64,000 nucleotides of DNA from Scyliorhinus canicula. Taxonomy: Eukaryota. The notes under the pieces were generated by a model, which saw nothing but the letters and a program-made list of their open reading frames with translations, ran no database searches and was not told the origin of the DNA. The position numbers and the translations under genes are program-made. Below are positions 37,486 to 49,280 of the stretch, piece by piece (position 1 is the stretch's first letter; each line of letters opens with the position of its first letter). The stretch covers positions 22,852,324 through 22,916,323 of the forward strand of contig NC_052171.1 in NCBI RefSeq assembly GCF_902713615.1, written 5' to 3'.

Positions 37486-37756
37486 AACTGACCTGCTTCA
37501 TTTATCACGAACATGTGCTGTGTGATCACACTTCTCCTGTAATCAGAAAGCTGTGGTTTCAGTCTGGGAGCACTTAATGATAACACAAACGTTCAGCAAG
37601 TCTTTCAGAAGGTAAATGTTAACCTCACCTTTACTGCAAGGTCCTTGTGGGTCTCAGTAAGAGAGCCTTGCTGCAGGGATTATAGACCTTCTGTGACACC
37701 GCACCTCCACTGCGATCTCTGCTCTTGGTGTCCTGACCCAAGGAAAGATGTAAAGG

Positions 37757-38245
37757 TCATGTTGGGGCTGTACAGGGCTTTGGTGAGGCCACAGCTGGAG
37801 TAGTGTGTTCAGTTCTGGTCACCGCACTATAGGGAGGATGTGATTGCCTGGAGGGGGTACAGAGGAGATTCACCAGGACGTTGCCTGGGATGGAGCGTGT
37901 CAGCTGGGAAGAGAGGCTGGAGCAGAGAAGGCCGAGAGGGGACCTGATTGAGGTGGATAAGATGATGAGGGCGACATGGGAAGGGTGGATAGAAAGCAAC
38001 TCTTCCCCTTCGTTGAATGGTCAATAACAAGGTTTCGAGGGAATTTTCACCCAGAGGGTTGTGGGAATCTGGGATGCACCCACTGCCTGGGAGGCAGGAA
38101 ACCTCACAACCTTTAAAAAAGTACTTGGATGAACAAATGTCACAACATTCAAAGCTATGGGCCACGTGCTGTGAATTGGGTTTCGTGTAGTTTTGTTGGT
38201 GCAGACTCAATGGGCCTGAGGGCCTCTTCTGTATGATTCTGTGAT
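37757..38245 (+). mobile_element. decayed CR1 3' fragment
   Basis: ALVRPQLE.CVQFWSPHY and QRRFTR-like remnants. Confidence 0.85.
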
Positions 38246-38312
38246 CTGTTCAAAAACTACGGAACAGAAAACTGTTATCCTTGCAGATCAAACCTTGCTT
38301 ACTGTCAGTGGC

Positions 38313-38939
38313 CTGAATTCTCTGTGTTCTGAATTCTCTGTGTTCTGAATTCTGTGTTCTGAATTCTCTGTGTTCTGAATTCTCTGTGTTCTGAATTCTC
38401 TGTGTTCTGAATTCTCTGTGTTCTGAATTCTCTGTGTTCTGAATTCTCTGTGTTCTGAATCCTCTGTGATCTGAATCCTCTGTGATCTGAATCCTCCGTG
38501 ATCTGAATTCTCCGTGATCTGAATTCTCAGAGTTGCGAATTCTCAGAGTTGCGAATTCTCAGAGTTGCGAATTCTCAGAGTTGCGAATTCTCAGAGTTGC
38601 GAATTCTCAGAGTTGCGAATTCTCAGAGTTGCGAATTCTCAGAGTTGCGAATTCTCAGAGTTGCGAATTCTCAGAGTTGCGAATTCTCAGAGTTGCGATT
38701 TCTCAGAGTTGCGAATTCTCAGAGTTGCGAATTCTCAGAATTGCGAATTCTCAGAGTTGCGAATTCTCAGAGTTGCGAATTCTCAGAGTTGCGAATTCTC
38801 AGAGTTGCGAATTCTCAGAGTTGCGAATTCTCAGAGTTGCGAATTCTCAGAGTTGCGAATTCTCAGAGTTGCGAATTCTCAGAGTTGCGAATTCTCAGAG
38901 TTGCGAATTCTCAGAGTTGCGAATTCTCAGAGTTGCGAA
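38313..38939. repeat. 16-bp tandem repeat (CTGAATTCTCTGTGTT grading into GCGAATTCTCAGAGTT)
   Basis: about 39 units; most contain GAATTC. Confidence 0.97.
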
Positions 38940-39641
38940 CCCTGTGCACAAGCTGAAAAAGGAACAACATTATCAGGAAATAAATTAACCTTTCAGGATG
39001 CTCCCCGGCCCACTCTGTTCTGAAGGGGACATTGCACAAGCTTCTCCCAGTCAGATGGGTAATCACAGCAGAGATTGCACAGAATGGGCCAATGGAGTGT
39101 GGAAAATGAGTTAATCGCATTGAAGCAGACACCATTCTTAGAGAGCTAAAACAGGGTGGATACTGAGAGGCTGTTTCACCTGGCGGGAGAGTGGAGAACT
39201 CGGCCGTGTAGACACAGGATAAGAAGCGAGTCACTTAAGAGTGAGGTTGAGAAATGTCTTCACTCAAGAGGGATGAGAACCTCTGGGTTTCTCCGAGCGT
39301 TGTGAACGGTCTGTGAATGAGCATGCTCAGCCTGTGCTTGAAGGACTTTTGGATACGAGGGAATTGTGTTTGAAAGTGGAGTTGATGAGGAATATTGGAT
39401 GTGGAAGCAGGTTTGAGAGGCTGGATAACTGACTCTGGCCCTGTGTTCAGCAGAAGGAGGTAGTTAGGAAACTGACTGGAATACAGGCTGTTTTTCGGGG
39501 GGGGAACACTGCACTTTGATTCTCACCGTCCCACGGGTCAGCCTCAGTATCAGGAATGTGAAGCCAGTTCATCAGCTTTCTTCTAATAATGTTTCCATCA
39601 CCTTCCTCCTGTTTTTCTCTCTCTCTCTCTCTACTGTGCAG

Positions 39642-39803
39642 GAGCATTCCGGGAGAGTATTCAGGCTTCAGTTTGACGAGTTCCAGATAGTTAGTAGTTC
39701 TCACGATGACACCATCCTGATCTGGGATTTCCTGAATGTGCCCTCCGATCAAGGGGACGGCTCGCAGTCAGCACCCCGCACGTACACCTACGTCTCCAGA
39801 TAG
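39642..39803 (+). CDS. BTRC: beta-TrCP-like last coding exon: WD40 repeat 7, C-terminal tail and stop
   Basis: [53 protein letters not shown]; TAG at 39801-39803; the exon probably runs to 39833 (TG/GTAAGT). Confidence 0.97.
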   Translation, partial: EHSGRVFRLQFDEFQIVSSSHDDTILIWDFLNVPSDQGDGSQSAPRTYTYVSR

Positions 39804-40464
39804 GTGTGGGTGTCTCGTGTCAGACTGGTTGTGGTAAGTTGGGTACAGAACGCGTGTTGCCCCATTGCCATCACCCCCATTCTTTGTGAAAAGCGGGGGC
39901 GGGGGGGGGTGCTCTGATTTCTTGGCCAAACGAGCCCAGTGATGTGGGTTTCGATTCCAGCCGTGACTTTTCTTCTTCTGTGAAAGGCGAACCAGTGTCC
40001 TGCTCAGCTGGCAGCTGCAGATGTCTGGTTCCTGGTTGGTGACTCATCATCAAACCAGAGTAACCAACGGCATTCCAACCAATCCTAGCTTAAATTCTGG
40101 GCGGCAAGGTTGGGAGTTGCAGAGATCCGCAATTGGTGCAAACCTTCTAACGAGCAGTGAGAAAAAGAATGCTGATCTTTCGGTGACTTGCTGGATCTCT
40201 GCAAATCTCTCCCTGCACGCTCCCCGCCGTTATGATTCTTTGTAATAAATTTGAAGGCCCTTTCTTATCAAAACCACATTTTGGGAACCTTCACTCCGGA
40301 AGGTACAAAATGTAGAGCCACTGTGCGAGAGGGCAAGGGGAGGCAGATTTAACAGGGAGTGCAACCGCTTTGAGACTTGCCGTTTGAGAGGCCCAACACG
40401 TTGTCCTGATGTAAAGGGTTGATGTTTCTCCTCTCTTCTCTCCCTCTCTTTGTCTTCTCTTCAG

Positions 40465-42273
40465 GATGTCCAAAATGCAGCTTTTTGGCACTTATTAAAA
40501 AAAACAACGACCCTGCGCCACACATTCATACAAGGAAGCGGTCATTTTGACGGGGACATTTCAGGATCTGGGGTAGTGAGCAGTGAGTGCCTGCTGTGTG
40601 GCGGATGCAGCATTTGAGAGAGCAGAAAAACAAATCCCTACATATCATTGCATCAACGGAAGAAGTTTTAACTGGATCTCCACCTCCATCTCAAAGCAAC
40701 TAAACCCTGTTCATTTTGTAAATTTGTACGGACTGATTTCTGGAAGGAACTTTTGAAGACGAAGCAAACCCGTGAAAAATCTTCTGAAAGGGAAGAGCGA
40801 GGGGGGGGGGGGGGGGGAGGGGGGCCTGGATTTGGTGATGGGTTCTGCTGAAACGTCTGTACTGTTGCAGATTATTTTGTTCTTTCTCCCCCTTAACATC
40901 AGAGTTTGAAGACGCTCCCCGACCTAATGACAGCGAGCCCCAGAGAGTGGGAGATGGCAGGTGTGAGCTGGGCCTGGTCGAGGTGTCTCTGGGCCTTGGA
41001 AACAAACTGGTTGTGGGGAGGGGGATGTGGGGGGGGGCTGAGGCACGATTGGAGAGAGAGGGAAAAATGAAATGAGCCAGACTCGCTTTTCTTTAATAAT
41101 ACCCCTCCTTCATCCCGGCTGGAGGACAGAATCAGGCTCTTCCGTGATGCCATGGCCAGACAGCCTGTGATGGATATCAGCTTGGATACGATGGTGAGGC
41201 TGCTGCCCATGGACTGTGCTCCAGTAAAGATCTGGGCCTTGCAGAGGGCAGGGGGAGAGAAGTGGAGACATGGCATCAGGAGTTTGATTTGAGTCACTCC
41301 TCAGGGGTGTGTTCTTCAATAACCAATAAAGCATTGCAACTTTGCAGTGGAGAGTGCGATGTTGGGATTGTTCTCCGATTAATCACTTGTTCTCACTGTG
41401 ACGTGGAGCTGGCTGGGAAGGGGGGGGGGGGGGGGGGGGGGGTTGGAGGGGGTTGTTGGTGATGGATTTGGCCTTGGCTCCTGGTTCCAATCACTACACG
41501 ATGCCTAAACTGGTATCAGAGATGGCAGGATCAGGCTCGGCCACGGAGCTGAAAAGCCTGCTGGGAGGGAGGGAGGGAGGGGGGCAGAGTCACGAGCGGC
41601 CCTGGAAAGCTGTACCCTATCCCAGTCAAAGTGGCAGTCGTCTGCAGAGTTGTACCGTGGGCAGTGACACCTGGAGCACCACAGGTCCTTGTCCACCACA
41701 TTGAGCAGCCCAGACGTTAAAGGTGGGAGAAACTATCAAAGATAAGGCAACAGTGCAGAAGGGCCCCCAGTGCTGCTCTGATTAGCACCTATGATGTTGT
41801 ATAATTATGTCATTGCCTTCGTCCCAAGAGGAAGGTGGTGTATTGTGTTGCTAGAAGCCAATGTGCAATTGACAGTGACTATTGCACAGTTTGTGTATAG
41901 TACCTTGTGTTTAGTTTATTTTAATAAGTATTCTCTGTGAAACTTTTCCTTTAATCATTGGTGAAACCCCGGGGCTTTTAAAGGTTCCATTTCAGCTGTG
42001 TCTCATGACGGCAGGTCCGTGTTGTGGGGAAGTTGTTTTGGGCGGAGGGGGGGGGGTCTTTCTTTTCTGTGTTTGCTTCCCACGCCCCATCCTCATCCGG
42101 GTTCCACACTGCACAACGTCGCTGACCAAGGCTGCCTTGATCACACGGAGCTGGGAGTTGCTGCGCTGCCCAAACTCTGGATATTTATGCCACTGTGGAC
42201 TTGGTATTGTTGGCTTCGTGGGAGGGAGGGTGGGGGAATTGAGGGTAAAAGCAGGTTGACCCTAAAAGCCGGG

Positions 42274-42306
<33 letters not shown>

Positions 42307-42915
42307 GCCTGCAGGAGGGGGAGCAGCCGGGGATCAATCAAGAGTTTACTGATGAAGACCACCATCCACAGCCCATTGCTCGGAGTGAACAGTTAGGGGG
42401 TCTGGGGTGGTGCCTCATACAGTCAAATTGCCCATCTGGTCTCACGGGCTGACCAATGACACGGGCCAGTTGTATTTTGGCATGTGGGAAAGTGGAGTGT
42501 GAACACCCTGGTGGAAGGGGGTCAGAAAGAGAGCCAAGTTGTTTGAGGCCAGATCCTCTCCCAAAGGCCCTCAACATCTGAACTCTGCTTTCCCCACCAC
42601 CTTACACCCCTCAAACAATCAGACAATGCCCAGGTTTCTCATGAATGTAATTTCTCCGCTCCGAACCCAGTCAGTCCGAACTCCTCCCCCCCCCCCCCTC
42701 CCCCCTTGGGGGTACAAGCTCCTCCTTTATCTCCTTGTTTTGGGAGGGTGGGGCATGAGCTCCCCTGTTCTCACTTCACTTGCTTTGATCGCAATTTTTC
42801 TACATTTCCTTGTTTTGAGGTATTGTTCTGTGGATTATTTATGTAGCCTTTTTAAAAACAAAAAATGCATTCTTTAAGATATGTGGTTCGTGATTAAATT
42901 GCAGTTTATCATTCT
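40465..42915 (+). other. probable non-coding terminal exon (3' UTR) of the beta-TrCP-like gene
   Basis: ~40-nt polypyrimidine tract plus TCAG acceptor at 40464; ~2.5 kb free of SINE/LINE; AU-rich blocks; the 3' end is inferred. Confidence 0.7.
42893..42898 (+). terminator. candidate distal polyadenylation signal ATTAAA (proximal AATAAA at 41325-41330)
   Basis: hexamer at the end of an AU-rich tract, just before TE-rich DNA resumes. Confidence 0.5.
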
Positions 42916-43177
42916 CCCAACACGCAAGGATTTCAAATGTCAGAAATGATTACATTATCTTTCGAGAACATCACCGTGAAACTCCAGCCAGCTCCCTGGG
43001 TCGCTTAACTCCATTTCAACCTGCAAATAGAGAGTGGGTCCAAACACTGAGTAACGAAATAGTCATTCCTGCCTACTCTGCTTTGTGTCTCGTCAAGAAT
43101 CTGGAGCTTATTTTCCATTCCTTAAATTGTTCGCTTCTCTGCACATCAGTCTTGACTTCACTGAGTTATAACATGTT

Positions 43178-43395
43178 TTTTTAAATAAATTTACAGTACC
43201 CAATTCTTTTTTTCCCCAATTAAGGGGCAATTTAGCGTGGCCAATCCACCTACCCGGCACATCTTTGGGTTGTGGGGGGTGAGACCCAGGCAGACACGGG
43301 GAGAATGTGCAAACTCCGCACGGACAGTGACCCAGGGCCAGGATCGAACCGGGGTCTGTGGCGCCGTGAGGCAGTAATGCTAACCACTGCACCAA
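43178..43395 (-). mobile_element. family A SINE
   Basis: same consensus as 2036-2252. Confidence 0.85.
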
Positions 43396-43639
43396 CCAGG
43401 GATTACAAGATGTTCTTGTGTGTATTTATAGACATAGCTTCCAGATGTCCCACTCAGATCATTTACGTTTCATTCACAGTATGCCTTTCAACCCAGTTCT
43501 TACATGCTCTACAAATGATCCTCACACCCATCTACACCCCCACGCTAACAGTACATCCTCCTATTCCTTTTTATCCCCAGAACCTCTCGCCTCCACTTAA
43601 ATGTATCTATACTATTGGACTGAGTTACTCCATGTAGGA

Positions 43640-43837
43640 CTAGGGGCTGTTAAGCTCACAGGGCTAATCGCTGGCTTTGAAAGCAGAGCAAGGCAAGCCA
43701 GCAACACGGTTCAATTCCCGTACCAGCCTCCCCGAACAGGCGCCGGAATGTGGTGACTAGGGGCTTTTCACAGTAACTTCATTTGAAGCCTACTCGTGAC
43801 AATAAGCGATTTTCTTTTTTTTTCATTTTCATTTCAT
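43640..43837 (+). mobile_element. third tRNA-derived SINE family (C); other copies at 49665-49760 (+) and 58366-58525 (-)
   Basis: GGTTCAATTCCC B-box, shared GAAGCCTAC.TGTGACAAT body, (CATTT)n tail. Confidence 0.75.
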
Positions 43838-44336
43838 GTGGGAGTAATCTCACCACTCTCTGGATCAATTCTGCGTTGAATTATTAGTGACGATCTAATA
43901 TTGGTCCCAAACTTTAGACAAGTGGAAACATCTCATTCGGCCTGACCGCCCCTCAACCTTCTCTTTCTCAGAGTAGTGCCAGCCAGAATAGCTTTAAAAA
44001 CTAAAATGGAAGTTTCAACCGAACCCTTTGTCTATTTCTTGAAGTAAATTCCGAGTCCACATTCCTGCATGCGCACCCTTTACTTTCCAAATCAAAGCGA
44101 TGTCAAATATTGTCTATTACCTATCTCCTTCCTGCACACTCCCTCCTGATGTAGGACCATCGCCCACGAGGTAGGGACTTGGATTTCTAGTCCTGAGCAG
44201 AATGAAGGAGCACACTGAATCCCTCAATGTCGTGGGAAATGCTGTCTCTGGTTTCAGGCACATGCAGAAAGACTAGAACTTTACACTTGAGAAGAAAGCT
44301 TTTCGGAGGGTGTTCGAGAGCGATTAATCAACTTCT

Positions 44337-44665
44337 GGGCAGCACGTTGGCACAGTGGTTAGCACTGCTACCTCACAGCGCCAGGGACCCGGGTTTGATT
44401 CTGGCCATGAGTGACTGTATTAGAGTTTGCATGTTCTCCCTTTGTCTGCGTGGGTTTCCTCCGGGTGCTCCGGTTTCCTCTCACAATCTAAAGATGTGCA
44501 GGTTAGGTGGATCGGCCATGATAAAATTACCACTTAATGTCCAAAGATGTGCAGGTTAGGTGGGGTTACGGCAATAGGGTGGGCAAGTGGGCCTGGATGG
44601 GGTGTTTTTTTTCAGAGGGTCGGTGTCGGCTTGATGGGCCAAATGGCCTCTTTCTGCACTGTAGC
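44337..44665 (+). mobile_element. family B V-SINE
   Basis: tRNA head, V-domain, CR1-like tail. Confidence 0.85.
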
Positions 44666-45514
44666 GACTCTTTGTTTCTGAATCTGTTTGACAGAAAAAG
44701 TGAAAGTGCTCGAGTCTTATGTGGTCATTCTTCCCTCTAAGCGAGTGAGCACCTGTGGGAGGAGGTTGTGATAGGGTGAGGGTCCCATTTATGTTGCAAG
44801 GGAGCTCGGTGTTATTGAATCAAGTTGTGATAACTTTGCTCTCTCACATCAAACTCCTTGACAAATCCCCCCCCCCCCCAATATCATTGACAATCACTGA
44901 ACAGAACTATGTAGTGTGTTCACATTGCACGGTGAAGGAGGACAACAGTCAGCCTCATTCTGTCTGGGCTGACTCCTTCAAACAGCTCGTCACTTCCTCG
45001 AGCCCTTGCTTTTTCATCCTTTTCAAATTGATCCCATTCCCTTTGGAAAATTCCCCCTGAACCCTTTCCCTCTCCCTGTTGTGCATTGCAGATTGTAACA
45101 GTTGACTGTTTTATCAAATAATCCTCCCATCTCACCTCTGGTTCTTTCACAAACTTCCTGGAATCTGTGTGGTCGGCTGACCAGTTTCTGCTGATCAGAA
45201 CCCTGCACTTGGCTCATCGGGTTAGGCAGGGATGTACAAATTCCCACACAGCCCGCAGCTTAGAAACAGCCCCCCTCAAGTTCACTCTCATTTTCAATTG
45301 AAACGATGTTTGAAAGTTTTTATTTTGTGTTTTTTAAAAATGGAACCGAAGCTTGAATGGGAGATCTGCTCGTGTTCGAGATGGAGACGCACAGGCTGCT
45401 GTGATTATGATGAATGAAAATAAATGAATTTAAAACTCTCTGGTCCTTATTTTTTTGTTGTGATGTGACCTCTCCCTGCATTGCTCATCATCTCTCTGTC
45501 TTTGTGTACCTGTT

Positions 45515-46660
45515 GACGGCGCCAAGGTCCCAGGTTCGATCCCGGCTCTGGGTCACTGTCCGTGTGGAGTTTGCACATTCTCCCCGTGCCTGCGTGGGTT
45601 TCACCCCCACGACCCAAAGACGTGCAGGGTCGGTGGATTGGCCACGCTAAATTGCCCCTTAATTGGAAAAATGTATTTTTTAAAAAAGGATGGGCAATAA
45701 ATGCTGGCTCATCCAGCGACACCCACATCTCATGAATGAATAAAGAAAACCGTGCAGCACCAGCCCCAGCATTGTACTCGAGCAGCAGATTTGATTCAAG
45801 CAAGGGTCCCCGTTGAGATCCGCTTATGGAAGTACCAGGTCTTCAGGTAGCTCCTTCCACAACGTCACTGCGGTCGAACATCGAGGAACGTGTCAACCAC
45901 TTTGCTCACCGCAAGGTTGGGCAAACAGAAATAAGTGGCCAGTTAATCTGTTTTAGTGATGTTGGCTGAGGGATCGATATTGGGTAGCACACTGGGGAGA
46001 ACTTGCATGCTCTTGTAAGAGTGCATTTGAATCGTTTTGTCCGCCTCCGAGAGCGGAGAGGGCACGGGTCTAACAATTCACCCGGAGGATGGCTCCTTTC
46101 TGCAGCAGTACCTCAGGTGGCACAGAGGTTAGCTCTGCTGCCTTACCAGGACTGGGTTCAATTCCGGCCTCGGGTGACCTCCCCGTGTGTGCGTGGGTTT
46201 CCTCCGGGTGCTCTGGTTTCCTCCCACAGATCAAAGATATGCAGGTTAGGTGGATTGGCCGTGCTAAAGTGCCCCTTAGTGTCCCACGGTTAGATGGGGA
46301 TAGGGCAGTGGTTTGGGTCCAGGTGAGATGCTCTTTCGGAGGATCGGTGCAGACTCAATGGACTGAATGGCCTCCTTCTGCACTAGGGATTCTGGTTTCA
46401 GATTATTGCTCTGATGTAGATTTTTAAAATGTTTTTTTTAAATAAATGTAGAGTACCCCATTCATTTTTTCCAATCAGAGGCAAATTAGCGTGGCCAATC
46501 CACCTAACCTGCACATCTTTGGGTTCTGGGAGTGAAACCCACGCAAACAGGGGGAGAATGTGCAAACCTCGACACGGACAGTGACCCAGAGCCGAGATCG
46601 AACCTAGGACCTCGGCGCTGTGAGGCTGCAGTGCTAACCCACTACGCCACCGTGCAGCCC
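45515..46660. mobile_element. SINE cluster: A(+) 45515-45685, B(+) 46116-46395, A(-) 46435-46660
   Basis: matches to the window-wide consensus sequences. Confidence 0.8.
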
Positions 46661-46784
46661 TCTGTCTACAGTTTTTGCTTCATGAACTATCTGAAGGACG
46701 TCTGAATGCACTTCCTTGAAAACTCGATGGACAAAGTAAAAAATTTGTCCAATTGATTGACTTTTTGGACCTGTGTGTGTCAGT

Positions 46785-47337
46785 CGGTCAAGGAACCCAC
46801 AAGGGGACAAGCGGTCCTAGATCTGGTTCTGTGTAATGAGACAGGATTGATTAATATTTTCATAGTTAGGGATCCTCTCAGAAGGAGCGATCACAATATG
46901 GTGGAATTTAAAATACAGATGGAGGGTGAGAAGGTCAAATCAAACACTCCTGTTTTGTGCTTAAACCAAAGAGATTACAATGGGATGAGAGAAGAGCTAG
47001 CTAAGGTAGACTGGGAGCAAAGACTTTATGGTGGAACAGTGGAAAACCTTCCAAGCGATTTTTCACAGTGCTCAGCAAAGGTATATACCCACAAAAGGAA
47101 GGATGGTAGAAAGAGGGAAAATCGACCGTGGATATCTAAGGAAATAAGGGAGAGTATCAAATTGAAGGAAAAAGCATACAAAGTGGCAAAGATTAGTGGG
47201 AGCCTAGAGGACTGGGAAATCTTTAGGGGGCAACAGAAAGCTACTAAAAAATGCTATAAAGAAGAGAAAGTATGAGAGTAAACTTGCTCAGAATATAAAA
47301 AGATAGTTAAAGTTTCTACAAATGTATAAAACAAAAC
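46785..47337 (+). mobile_element. CR1 ORF2 internal fragment
   Basis: EPTRGQAVLDLVLCNETG...RPWISKEIRESIKLKEKAY. Confidence 0.92.
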
Positions 47338-49280
47338 ACGGGGCCCAACACGGATCCCTGAGGGACACCACTAGCTACTGATTGCCAACCAGAGAAACAC
47401 CCATTTATCCCAACTCTTTGCTTTCTATTAATTAACCAATCCTCTATCCGTGCTACTACTTTACCCTTAATGCCATGCATCTTTATCTTATGCAGCAACC
47501 TTTTGTGTGGCACCTTGCCAAAGGCTTTCTGGAAATCCAGATATACCACATCCATTGGCTCCCCGTTATCTACTGCACTGGTAATGTCCTCAAAAAATTC
47601 CACTAAATTAGTTAGGCATGACCTGCCCTTTATGAACCCATGCTGCGTCTGCCCAATGGGATAATTTCTATCTAGATGCCTCGCTATTTCTTCCCTGATG
47701 ATAGATTCAAGCATCTTCCCTACTACTGATGTTAAGCTCACTGGCCTATAATTTCCTGCTCTCTGCCTACCTCCTTTTTTAAACAGTGGTGTCACGTTTG
47801 CTAATTTCCAATCCACCGGAACCACCCCAGAGTCTAGTGAATTTTGGTAAATCATCACTAGTGCATCTGCAATTTCCCTAGCCATCTCTTTTAGCACTCT
47901 GGGATGCATTCCATCAGGGCCAGGAGACTTGTCTACCTTTAGCCCCATTAGCTTGCCCATCACTACCTCCTTAGTGATAACAATCCTCTAAAGGTCATCA
48001 CCTGTCATAACCTCATTTCTATCAGTCACTGGCATGTTATTTGTGTCTTCCACTGTGAAGACCGACCCAAAAAACCTGTTCAGTTCCTCAGCCATTTCCT
48101 CATCTCCCATTATTAAAACTCCCTTCTCATCCTCTAAAGGACCAATATTTACCTTAGCCACTCTTTTTTGCTTTATATATTTGTAAAATCTTTTGCTGTC
48201 TGCTTTTATATTCTGAGCAAGTTTACTCTCATATTCTATCTTACTCTTCTTTATAGCTTTTTTAGTAGCTTTCTGTTGCCCCCTAAAGATTTCCCAGTCC
48301 TCTAGTCTCCCACCAATCTTTGCCACTTTGTATGCTTTTTCCTTCAATTTGATACTCTCCCTTATTTCCTTAGATATCCACGGTCGATTTTCCCTCTTTC
48401 TACCGTCCTTCCTTTTTGTTGGTATAAACCTTTGCTGAGCACTGTGAAAAATCGCTTGGAAGGTTCTCCACTGTTCCTCAACTGTTCCACCATAAAATCT
48501 TTGCTCCCAGTCTACCTTAGCTAGTTCTTCTCTCATCCCATTGTAATCTCCTTTGTTTAAACACAAAACACTAGTATTTGATTTTACCTTCTCACCCTCC
48601 ATCTGTATTTTAAATTCCACCATATTGTGATCGCTCCTTCCGAGAGGATCCCTAACTATGAGATCATGAATCAATCCTGTCTCATTGCACAGGACAAGAT
48701 CTAGGACCGCTTGTTCCCTCGTAGGTTCCATTACATACTGTTCTAGGAAACTATCGCGGATACATTCTATAAACTCCTCCTCAAGGTTGCCTTGACCGAC
48801 CTGGTTAAACCAATCGACATGTAGATTAAAATCCCCCATGATAACTGCTGTACCATTTCTACATGCATCAGTTATTTCTTTGTTTATTGCCTGCCCGACC
48901 ATAACGTTACTATTTGGTGGCCGATAGACTACTCCTATCAGTGACTTTTTCGCCTTACTATTCCTGATTTCCACCCAAATGGATTCAACCTTATCCTCCA
49001 TAGCACCGATGTCATCCCTTACTATTGCCCGGATGTCATCCTTAAATAACAGAGCAACACCATCCACTTACCATCCACTCTGTCCTTCCGAATAGTTTGA
49101 TACCCTCGGATATTTAACTCCCAGTCGTGACCATCCTTTAACCATGTTTCAGTAATGGCCACTAAATCATAGTCATTCACGATGATTTGCGCCATCAACT
49201 CATTTACTTTATTCCGAATACTACGAGCATTCAGGTAAAGTACACTTATGTTGTTTTTTTTACCTCTGTTTTGAATCTTC
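47338..49280 (-). mobile_element. young CR1 ORF2 (APE endonuclease plus N-half of RT), 3'-truncated, two frameshifts
   Basis: YLNARSIRNK, ITETW, MGDFN, SDH, NYRPVSLTS, YLDFQKAF and GVPQGSVLGP motifs. Confidence 0.95.

Noticed and set aside
16391-39803. Pseudogene, or straightforward FBXW11 call
   Set aside because: All exon phases join without stops, and most diagnostic residues are BTRC-type
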